From Corallochytrium limacisporum Hawaii (Eukaryota; Protista; Pluriformea), in NCBI GenBank assembly GCA_002811645.1, contig PDIP01000004.1, positions 124,001 to 188,000 of the forward strand: a stretch of 64,000 bases of DNA, in the 5' to 3' direction. The notes under the pieces are model-generated. The model saw only the letters and a program-made list of their open reading frames with translations. It ran no database searches and was not told where the DNA came from. The translations under genes were made by a program, and so were the position numbers. Shown piece by piece: positions 21,259 to 30,240 of the stretch (position 1 is its first letter; each line of letters opens with the position of its first letter).

Positions 21259-24200
21259 ATGAGCGAATCAGATGATGACGATTGGGAGTCCAACTGGGAG
21301 AGTGGTAACTTTGAACCACCTCCACCTGCTGCAAGCATAGATACGGCAGTACTAGAAAAGAATGAGGAGGCACTGGGTGGCTCAACCAGCAGGCCGGCAC
21401 ATGGCGCAGCTGATCTGATTTCCGGATGGGGTGGTAGTGTTGGGGACCAAGCGCAGCGAGAGGAGGAAGCAGCCCAGCTTAAGGCAGAGCAGGAAAAGAA
21501 GGCTAAGGCTTTGAAAGCAGCTGCGGCAGGAAAGGCTACGAAGCAGCAACAACAGCAACGGATTCCCCGCAATCCACCGGGAGTGTGTGGTGACTTCTGG
21601 CGCTCTGGCCTGTGCCCGCGAGGTATGAAGTGCCGTTTCAGGCACATTCGATACAATCCTGACACGTATGAAGAGAGCAGCAGTTCTGCATCGCTGGTGC
21701 CCAAGGATCCCGTGCCGCCCTTCCCAGAGATGGTTAGGAGGCCCAAATTCCGACATCAGCACGACATGCGCAAGTTTGTCATGAGTCTGTGGTTTTCGAC
21801 TACCATGAGCATGACTAACACGGATCCAAACGCAGAGAATCATCTCACGGCCACAGGAGCCACCGCCACGGAGCCAGATGCAGTGATTGCAACGCTGGTA
21901 GATACAGAAAAAGGTCCGGACACAGTGCACATAAAGCTCCGCACCATCGTGTCCGCAACGGACACGGAGATTAGTCCATTCGCTGGTACCGGACTCTGGC
22001 CAGCTAGTTTTCAACGCGTCGCTCTACCGCTGCTCCACTTTCTCTGCGACCCGGCCGTGCGGGCATCACCGCTACAGAGCAGTCTGCGGACCATCGATGC
22101 TGCCGTCTTCGATCCATCTGAGCGATTCTTAGATCGTTGTGTTCGCTGTGTACAGGATATGATCACCTTTGATGACAGTAGCGGAGGCAGTAGTAGTGGT
22201 GGGGGGCCGGTGGTGTACTGGGACACCGTGGACGACACTGGGGATGCAAGCATCTGGCAGCCGGAAGCCAGCTCGGTGTTGGAGTCCGTACTGGCTCCAG
22301 TGGTACGTGGACTTGCCCTGGCGGTGCCGTACTACCGTGCAGCTGGTCGAGACTCCGATCTGAAGAGGCTATGGGGAACTTGTTGGGATCTGTGGGAGGC
22401 ACTGGGATCCTCATTGCCCTTATCCCCACCGGCTACAAAACAGACCACTCTAAGCATGTTCCGTGCCCAACTGCGACAGGTCCTGCTCTGGGTTCGGGGC
22501 AGATGGGCGATCGTTGATCTGCTAGATAGCGACTCTACTGTCCGTCACAGATTTGAAAATTGGGTGCGGGTGCCGCTCATGGTGCGCCTCAGCGACGGCG
22601 GTCTCCTCATGACAGAGCATACACAACCATTGGAAGTGAGTGACCTCTTTGATAGCGCTCTTTACGAGTCTCTCCTTGCTCAGATCAAATCAGGTACTAG
22701 TGAGCCTTCGGTGCAGTCCTTTATGTGCCAAATATTAGAGAGCCAGCGCCATCTGCACTCGCAATATGCCATGCTCTGGACTGATATGGCCCGTACTATA
22801 CAGAGGGCACTTTCTCGACTCTTTCGAATGGATGCTGGTCAGAGACATGCACTGAGAACGATCGATACTCTGCGGTGCTCTAGCTTGAATTCCACAGAGA
22901 ATCACTCGGACACAGCGGACGTGCCCATTGCCGTATTCCATAACGCTCAACTCTCGTGGCCAGCTCAGCAGCACCACGCCGTGGCCGCGTTGAAACCTCT
23001 GTCTGCGACGCATCCGACACAGGGACTGGCTTGGGCCCTCTTTGATGAATCACGGGAAAGTTATGTGGAAGTTCCGCTAAGACTCAGCTTTGCCCAGATA
23101 ACACCGGCATCTGGCCAATCTGTGGGCGCTTGGTGGGAGCATGGCGCCGGGTCAGGCCTCCTAGAAGAGGGGTCGCTAGTGTGTCTGGTGAACAACAATG
23201 CTGAAGAGACAATGCCCTCGTATGTTCCGGTTATTGTTCGCCAGAAGCGACTAGACTCCTTGAGTGGGCACACCCAATCTGCGTCTATTGTAGTCAGTGT
23301 CTATGTGCGAGAGGAGAGCAGCAACACGAGTGGTAGTAGTAGCCATGGGTTTCTCGATTGGACCCAAGTCAAGAAGATACTCAGTCCTGACCAAAAGGGA
23401 CCCCATCACAAGCAGTCTTCGGCTTGGACCCTCTTACAGGTCCGTAACCACTTATTCACTGCGTATGCTCCCATTTTGCGTAGTATGCAGCTCATGGGAA
23501 GCCGTGTCTTTGTGGATGCGCCGTGGACAGGTGCCTCTGTTGATCCCCTGTTTTTTGAAGATGTTTTTGCGACTCCGGACAGACAGAGTAGCCTCCAACT
23601 TGCGCCACAGCGGCTACACGCGCCCACTGGAGCGAATTTTGAACGTTGGCTCCAGAATGCGACCCTTCGCTTAGACAAGTCGCAGGTCCAGGCAGTGCAT
23701 CACGGCCTGGAACGATCATTGGCGCTCATCCAGGGACCCCCTGGCACTGGCAAAACTTTCGTTGGGGTGCAGATTACGCGCCAACTATTGTTAAAGGAAA
23801 CAGAGGCGACAGCGGGATCGGGAGGGCAGCCAACCGAGCAGCAGCAATCTTCCGCCTTTCATCTCAATCCCAGGGGTTTGCCACCATCTCACCTGCATGG
23901 GTCAGCACCGCCCATCCTGGTGATTTGCCATACAAACCATGCGCTGGACTCTTTCCTGCACCAGCTCACTGCCTCCGATAATGCTGATGGTGCTGCAGTA
24001 GGAGACCGTGGAGTAAATGCGGTCCTCCGTCTGGGGAGCGGCAGCCGAAGTGAAACCTTTGAGGGTCGAACCATGCGCCGGGTATTTGCAGAGGCTCAGG
24101 AGCTAGCAGATGTCGCTCACGCTGGCAGCCACAGGGATCCTTTGCCCTTGCAACGCATGCAAGGCAAAGTCTTTGCCCTCCTTAAGGATTCAGAGAAAGA

Positions 24201-25518
24201 TCTGCTGAAGGCCATGTCGGGAGTTCAAAGGATCGGAAAACCTGAGGACAACGCTTGGAGGCTTTGGCATCGTCGTGTGTCACTGTTGCGACGCTGGTAC
24301 GAACTTGAACGTTGTAAACAACGGGCAGTCTTGCGGTCCATGACGAGTGAATTGCGTATCGTCGGTGCCACGACGTCTGGTTTTGCACTACACCGTGACC
24401 TCATGGCTGGGCTGCAGTTTGAAGTGGCCATCTGTGAAGAGGCCGGTGAAGTGTTGGAATGCCACACGCGCATCATGCTGTCTCCAGGCCTACGTCACAT
24501 CATACTCATAGGTGACCACCTGCAGCTGCGGCCGAAGGTCTTAGAGTACGACCTTACTGCCGATTACTGGGACCATCCGAAAGGGAGGAATGGTCAGGAG
24601 GAAACTGTGCTCGATCGCAGTCTGTTTGAGCGACTAGTACGCGAACACGACAACGATGTTATGGACGAAAGCGTTTTGGTGACACTGCAGGAACAACGCC
24701 GGATGCGTCCAGAGATATCTGCAATGCTTTGTCAGTCACTATACCCGGCTCTACGCAATGCCAGTGCTGTGACAGATCGCAAGTACGGCATGCACACCGC
24801 TGGACTGGCCGCACCTCTTTGGTTCTTCGATCACGGCCTGGACGAAGCGGACAAGGGAGATGCAAAAGAGTCCCTCGGGTTCAATTCAAAAGTCAACCCT
24901 GGTGAGGCCCAGTGGACAGTGGCATTATTGCGATACTTCCTTGGCCCCGGGTCGAAACAGGCTAACTCTGGCAAGGACACGGTCACTGTTCAATCCATTG
25001 CAGTACTTACTCCATATGTGGGCCAGTTGGCACTGTTGAGAAGAGAAATCACTGCATGGGGTCTGCGAGCGCGGCTGGGAGAAGGGGACCTTTCAGATGA
25101 AGGGGGCATTGAAGGCCCAAATGGAGAAGGTTTCGGAAGACCAGCGGCTTTTACGGGCTCTGCGAAGCAACACGTGCAGCAGCGCCAGAGTATTGAATTG
25201 CGATTGGCAACAGTGGATAATTTCCAGGGAGAAGAGGCAGATTTAGTCATTATATCTACTGTGCGTAGCAATTCTAGTGGCAGTCTCGGATTTTTGAGAA
25301 TGGACAATCGCATTAACGTTCTCCTATCCCGGGCACGATATGGGATGCTGGTTCTGTGTTCTGCAAACACTATCAAAGCCGCACGAAAAGGGGATATGTT
25401 ACTCTTCCGGAAAGCAATAGAATTTGCAGAGCGACAAAAATGTATTGGAAACTATGTTCCAATAATGCACAATTCCCAAGTAATCAAAGCCAAATCTGTA
25501 TCTGACCTACCACAATAG
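21259..25518 (+). CDS. ZNFX1-like: ZNFX1/Hrr1-like UPF1-family SF1 RNA helicase with N-terminal CCCH finger, lacking NF-X1 fingers
   Basis: CCCH finger CGDFWRSGLCPRGMKCRFRH. Helicase motifs IQGPPGTGKT, CHTNHALDSFL, EEAGEVLE, LIGDHLQLRPK, SLFERL, QRRMRPEIS, TPYVGQ, TVDNFQGEEAD, NRINVLLSRA. First ATG is 21259. Confidence 0.9.
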   Translation: MSESDDDDWESNWESGNFEPPPPAASIDTAVLEKNEEALGGSTSRPAHGAADLISGWGGSVGDQAQREEEAAQLKAEQEKKAKALKAAAAGKATKQQQQQRIPRNPPGVCGDFWRSGLCPRGMKCRFRHIRYNPDTYEESSSSASLVPKDPVPPFPEMVRRPKFRHQHDMRKFVMSLWFSTTMSMTNTDPNAENHLTATGATATEPDAVIATLVDTEKGPDTVHIKLRTIVSATDTEISPFAGTGLWPASFQRVALPLLHFLCDPAVRASPLQSSLRTIDAAVFDPSERFLDRCVRCVQDMITFDDSSGGSSSGGGPVVYWDTVDDTGDASIWQPEASSVLESVLAPVVRGLALAVPYYRAAGRDSDLKRLWGTCWDLWEALGSSLPLSPPATKQTTLSMFRAQLRQVLLWVRGRWAIVDLLDSDSTVRHRFENWVRVPLMVRLSDGGLLMTEHTQPLEVSDLFDSALYESLLAQIKSGTSEPSVQSFMCQILESQRHLHSQYAMLWTDMARTIQRALSRLFRMDAGQRHALRTIDTLRCSSLNSTENHSDTADVPIAVFHNAQLSWPAQQHHAVAALKPLSATHPTQGLAWALFDESRESYVEVPLRLSFAQITPASGQSVGAWWEHGAGSGLLEEGSLVCLVNNNAEETMPSYVPVIVRQKRLDSLSGHTQSASIVVSVYVREESSNTSGSSSHGFLDWTQVKKILSPDQKGPHHKQSSAWTLLQVRNHLFTAYAPILRSMQLMGSRVFVDAPWTGASVDPLFFEDVFATPDRQSSLQLAPQRLHAPTGANFERWLQNATLRLDKSQVQAVHHGLERSLALIQGPPGTGKTFVGVQITRQLLLKETEATAGSGGQPTEQQQSSAFHLNPRGLPPSHLHGSAPPILVICHTNHALDSFLHQLTASDNADGAAVGDRGVNAVLRLGSGSRSETFEGRTMRRVFAEAQELADVAHAGSHRDPLPLQRMQGKVFALLKDSEKDLLKAMSGVQRIGKPEDNAWRLWHRRVSLLRRWYELERCKQRAVLRSMTSELRIVGATTSGFALHRDLMAGLQFEVAICEEAGEVLECHTRIMLSPGLRHIILIGDHLQLRPKVLEYDLTADYWDHPKGRNGQEETVLDRSLFERLVREHDNDVMDESVLVTLQEQRRMRPEISAMLCQSLYPALRNASAVTDRKYGMHTAGLAAPLWFFDHGLDEADKGDAKESLGFNSKVNPGEAQWTVALLRYFLGPGSKQANSGKDTVTVQSIAVLTPYVGQLALLRREITAWGLRARLGEGDLSDEGGIEGPNGEGFGRPAAFTGSAKQHVQQRQSIELRLATVDNFQGEEADLVIISTVRSNSSGSLGFLRMDNRINVLLSRARYGMLVLCSANTIKAARKGDMLLFRKAIEFAERQKCIGNYVPIMHNSQVIKAKSVSDLPQ

Positions 25519-26614
25519 GATATTGGGAGAATTGGAATTCAATCTACGGTTTCCATACAGCCGTAATTCAATCATAGAATTATGGAACCCTTAGAATCAC
25601 ATTGAGATCACCCTCTGTAAAATAGACGAATTTAATTTACATTTTTCGCATAAACCTACATTACAAGATATAACATTTGATTGTTCTCTACAATCCTTGA
25701 ATACTCAAAGATACGCCTTTGGCCTGGGATCTTCCGGCCGGCGAGTTCGACATTACTCCTTCTGATGATGGTTTTAGTATTGAGAGCTCTCAAGTCATCA
25801 AAGGACAATACAAATACCACACTATTGGCTTCTTCTTCATTATCAAAACGTAAAAGTTGTGTACATCATCTTCACAATAACCTGTTCACTTTTGTCTTGC
25901 ATTCATTTAACCGTTGGTCTATTGTCTCCTTTATCGCCGTTAATCAGGTTGCCCAGAATCTAGTAGCCGAGAAACTGTAAAATTGCACTGTGCATTATAG
26001 AAATGCAAGCCTTGTCGCTTGAAGAGAGGTTGGGCAGTGCGAGAGCCGAGGCCCCTCTATGCAAAGGGACGCACCCTGAACACCCCCCCTACTGACCAAC
26101 AACCTGTGGTGCGCGAAAGGTTCCTCATACAAATTGCACCCTAAGCCATACAACAACACTTGTTCTTCCTCTCATGGGGGCGCCCCTGTGTTATTGATCT
26201 GTTTGCTTGCTCTGTATGTGCCGTTTATGTGCAAGTCTGCGAAGTGTACTGTCACCCACTCCAGTTGTTCATTTGTATAGCGTGTGCGCCAGCGTGTCTT
26301 TCTCCTACAGCGTCTTCGTATGGTACCATAACCGAAGATTGGACCAAAAAAAGTTCCCGATCCAGAGATTTCCTCCCGATCCGAAATTTGCTCCAAATGC
26401 GCAAATGGAACACACCACTACCGGGACTACGGTAGTCCCCGGCCTATACCTGCGCACTGCCGGTGCCGGGGTAGTGCACCGGTCTTAGTACCCCGCTTCC
26501 CTCCCCAACACCCTGGGAGGATATTTTCTGGGCCCATTTGAACAGTCAGGCCGTCCCCGAGCCTTGAACAAATATCGCGGAGATAGAGAGGGCCGATGCT
26601 CTGAGTCACGAGCG

Positions 26615-26617
<3 letters not shown>

Positions 26618-26685
<68 letters not shown>

Positions 26686-26773
26686 GAGCCAAGAGTGAAT
26701 CGAAAATGTGCGAAAGAGACAGGGTTGACAGATATAGGGCACCGAGAACGAGAGAGGGCGAGCGCCAGAGACA

Positions 26774-26842
<69 letters not shown>
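26618..26842. repeat. Two long (GA)n microsatellites (about 26618-26682 and 26775-26842)
   Basis: Seen directly upstream of the peroxiredoxin-like gene. Confidence 0.95.
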
Positions 26843-26844
<2 letters not shown>

Positions 26845-27341
26845 TTTATTTTTGGACGGGGGAAAGGGGTGTAGAACCCCAAGTCAGGACGTATAGACCT
26901 CCCGTTTCCTTTTCGCCAACCGGCAGAGATCCTTACGTGCTCAATGGACTGAGCGATTTATTCGGCCGACAGCTGTTTGTTTTCGCATTGCCTGGGCGGT
27001 CAACTGTACCTTTGGTATCATTACCGCTTGGTTTGATTGCGCAAGAGTACAATTGTCATCTGATGGAGTAGTGAAGCCCGGACCCTTTTCTGGATGGAAT
27101 GTCACTACTACTTCTACTTTATAAACAATACGTATCTCCATCATTTGGCCCAATGCAACTTTTGATGGCCTGCCACCCTCGGTCTAAAGAGGTGAACCCA
27201 TCTTCCAGTGATTCAGAAAGGTATTCAAAGCAGTTCAGGTACCAAGATCACGGCAGACAAACCTGAGTTAATAACCCTCACGTATGGTAAAGATTTTGTG
27301 AAGAACCTAATCCATCCAGTATTCAACCAACAAACATCAAT

Positions 27342-27866
27342 ATGGTACAACAATCCTACAAGATCGAGGCCGGATCCAAGATCCCCGCTGACATAAAGGT
27401 TCCTCTGGTGGGAGGCGGCGAGACCACAATCGCTCGCGACGATGGTGCACGACTGGTCGTCTTCTACCGTGGCCTCCACTGCCCTCTTTGCCGTACGTAC
27501 CTGGACTCTCTGAAGGAACTGCTTCCTGAATTTGAGAAGAAAGAAATCGACGTGCTCGTCGTCAGCACTGATGACCAGGGCCGAGCTGAGAGTGTTCGTA
27601 ATACTTGGGGCTACCCTGGCAAGCTAGCCTACGGTCTCAAGGTAGACGATGCACGCCGCCTGGGACTGTACATCTCCCAGCCTCGCAATGAAAAGGAAAC
27701 CGACCATGATTTCTCCGAACCTGGTCTCATCTTCCAGAACGCGAGCGGCAAAGTCCATATCGTGGACTTTTCCAACGCACCCTTTGCACGACCCGATCTC
27801 AAGCTCCTGCTCAATGGCATTGACTATGTCCTGGCAAACGACTACCCCATCCGTGGCACCGCATGA
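27342..27866 (+). CDS. AhpC/TSA peroxiredoxin-like thioredoxin-fold protein (CxxC)
   Basis: LVVFYRGLHCPLC, VSTD, GLYISQPR..ETDHDFSEPGL, SNAPFARPDL, C-terminal YPIRGT. Confidence 0.9.
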   Translation: MVQQSYKIEAGSKIPADIKVPLVGGGETTIARDDGARLVVFYRGLHCPLCRTYLDSLKELLPEFEKKEIDVLVVSTDDQGRAESVRNTWGYPGKLAYGLKVDDARRLGLYISQPRNEKETDHDFSEPGLIFQNASGKVHIVDFSNAPFARPDLKLLLNGIDYVLANDYPIRGTA

Positions 27867-28316
27867 AGCGCATTAAAGCTGCCCTCAGACTTCTATTGTC
27901 TTAAAGATGTTCATGTACCACGCATCAGGATCTCATGCTGAAGAGCTCTGCCCCAGTTCTTAGCATGTGTGTCCGTGCGAGTAACATTGCAAAGAGTGAT
28001 GCCTAAGGTCTCACTAAGTCATTGGGGTCTAAATGATATACGGTAATTTTTGTGCAAAGACCCTTCTTTTTGAAAATATTGATTATTAAATTCCAAGACT
28101 TTCCCCAAATGTACGTATATTGACCCTTAGAACCCATTGTTACGGTAGGGGTCTGGAGACCATGGGACTCATTCCTGTGCGACTGCTCTCGGAGGGGCAG
28201 AGGGCCGGGAGGGGGTTCCCAGAAACGGGTTCCCGGGAACAGCGTTCTGACAATTGGGGTTTACTTCCGTGGTAGGCGATGGGATATGTTTCTTTATTGT
28301 GCAGATAATATTTAAT

Positions 28317-30038
28317 TTACTGCTGAGCCTGTTTGACACAACCACACTTGTTGTTCAGCTTGTCGATTCCCTGAACAGTGTTGTGAGCCCAGTTGCGCAT
28401 AGGATACCAGGAAAGATCCTGCAACCAGTAGGGCATCTTCTCCATATGGTGCTTGCGGCCGTGGTGCACACCGATGTGAACCAGCAGGATCACAACAATG
28501 GGAATCATGACGCCGGCAAAGACCTCCCAGCCAGCCAGGGACAGACCGAACAGAGCAGCGGGGATGATCAGGAAGGCAGTCAGAATATAGAACAGGGGGA
28601 ACCAACGGTACGTGGCCGTGATGTTGCCCATGCCACGGGCAGCGTTGATGGGCACCTTGCGCATGACAGGCACGACGTACCAGATGCACACACCAAAGAT
28701 GTTGAACCACAAATGGGTGAAGGCAAGAGTCAGAGCGTTCTCAATCGATTCCGCACCATCCTGGGACAAGGCAGCCAGGATACCAGTGAACGTGGTACCA
28801 ATGTTGGATCCCAGAGTCATGGGGTACATCTTCTCCAAAGACAGAATACCGATGGCAACGAACGGCACAAAGGAAGACGTGAAGACGGAAGAAGACTGCA
28901 GCAGAATGGTGGCACCGACACCGAAGAGCATGAGGGCGTAGCCGTGGACCCAGCCGAAAGGATGAGGGAAATCAGCGTTGAGCAGCATGCGAGTGTAGTG
29001 GGCAATGCGACCCTTCAGCAGGGACTGCAGGACCTTGACCAAGAGGATCAGAGAGCCGGTCAGCATGATAAGAGCCAGGAACAGAGTCAAGACACCCTGG
29101 GTCACATCGTCAGATTGAGAGCAGGTAGGCTCGTAAGTCTCGGGGTCACAGTCAGGGTCGGATTCACACTTGTCTTCCAGGGACACGATGCACTCACCAG
29201 CCCAGTCGCACCAGATGGAATCCTTGACCATGCATTGATCGCGCAGAGCATCGGCCTCCTCGTCAGTCTCAGCCTGAGCAATGGCCTTGATGAGCTTCTT
29301 GTTGACCTGAACAATCTTCTTGGAGACAGGGGAAGTAATCTTCTTCAAGAAGTCCTCGTCCTCGGACTGATCGTCGTCAGTAATACCCATGGAATCAACC
29401 ATTGCCTCGCACATCAGACCCAGGAAGTTAGTGGCCGCCTGGATGGGCAGCAGAACCAGTACGTTCAGGAAGTTGAACATGTCGTGGACGGTGGATCCAG
29501 CGAAGGCACGGCGGAATTCATTGACCTCACCGGCGTGACCCATGGACACAATGGTGTTGGTGACAGTGGTACCAATGTTGGCACCCATGATCATGGGAAC
29601 GGCCTGGCGCAGGGTCAAAAGGTCGGAACCACGCATGGAGATAATAATAGAAGTGGAGGTAGAAGAAGACTGGACCAGCACCGTGACAAGCACACCAAGC
29701 ATAAGGCCAGCGAAGGGGTTGTCAAAGATCTCTGACTCGCGGAAGGCAGAGCCGGCAGTCTTGGAACCAAGGATCTTGAAAGCATCGGACAGGAGACCCA
29801 GGGATAGAACGAAAATGTACAGGAAACCGAGCACAAAGGCGAGCTTGAGGATAGCGGTGAAGACGCGCAGGACCTTGCCCTTGGCATCGAGGTCAGCCCA
29901 GGGGGTACCGAGCTCGGAGTTGAATGCGACGTTCCATGGGTCCTCCTCAAGCTCTTCGTCCATCATCTTCTTCTCATCGACGACGGGAGCCTCAGGGGCC
30001 AGATCCACGATCTGGTCATCAGCTGTTTGGGGAGCCAT
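28317..30038 (-). CDS. SLC34: Sodium-dependent phosphate cotransporter NaPi-II, copy 1
   Basis: Two QSSS repeats (LVQSSSTSTS, LLQSSSVFTS), MGANIGT, RRAFAGSTVHD, YPMTLGSNIGTT, YRWF, multiple TM helices. Confidence 0.95.
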   Translation of the reverse strand: MAPQTADDQIVDLAPEAPVVDEKKMMDEELEEDPWNVAFNSELGTPWADLDAKGKVLRVFTAILKLAFVLGFLYIFVLSLGLLSDAFKILGSKTAGSAFRESEIFDNPFAGLMLGVLVTVLVQSSSTSTSIIISMRGSDLLTLRQAVPMIMGANIGTTVTNTIVSMGHAGEVNEFRRAFAGSTVHDMFNFLNVLVLLPIQAATNFLGLMCEAMVDSMGITDDDQSEDEDFLKKITSPVSKKIVQVNKKLIKAIAQAETDEEADALRDQCMVKDSIWCDWAGECIVSLEDKCESDPDCDPETYEPTCSQSDDVTQGVLTLFLALIMLTGSLILLVKVLQSLLKGRIAHYTRMLLNADFPHPFGWVHGYALMLFGVGATILLQSSSVFTSSFVPFVAIGILSLEKMYPMTLGSNIGTTFTGILAALSQDGAESIENALTLAFTHLWFNIFGVCIWYVVPVMRKVPINAARGMGNITATYRWFPLFYILTAFLIIPAALFGLSLAGWEVFAGVMIPIVVILLVHIGVHHGRKHHMEKMPYWLQDLSWYPMRNWAHNTVQGIDKLNNKCGCVKQAQQ

Positions 30039-30230
30039 AGTGATTGCTGGTTGTTTTCGAAAAAGAACTTGACCGAAAACAAAAACTGTCGGGAAAGAGA
30101 GAACTTAAGAGAACAAAGCAAGTGGCAGAAAATGGGTTGCTAAATTTCCCGGAGTCTGTAGCTACAACAGAACTATTGCCTACTGAAGATTTGGCAAAAT
30201 GCCTATGGGCACCATTGATCAGGTCGTCAT

Positions 30231-30240
30231 TTAAATACCC
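30231..30240 (-). promoter_or_regulatory. Conserved GGGTATTTAA (TATA-like) element upstream of SLC34 copy 1
   Basis: + strand TTAAATACCC about 193 bp upstream of the ATG. The identical 10-mer is upstream of all three paralogs. Confidence 0.65.

Noticed and set aside
1405-25518. Idea that PRKRIP1, the lectin-like TF and ZNFX1-like form an antiviral cluster
   Set aside because: PRKRIP1 is mainly a spliceosomal factor and is 15-20 kb away. Adjacency in a eukaryote is not evidence of shared function.
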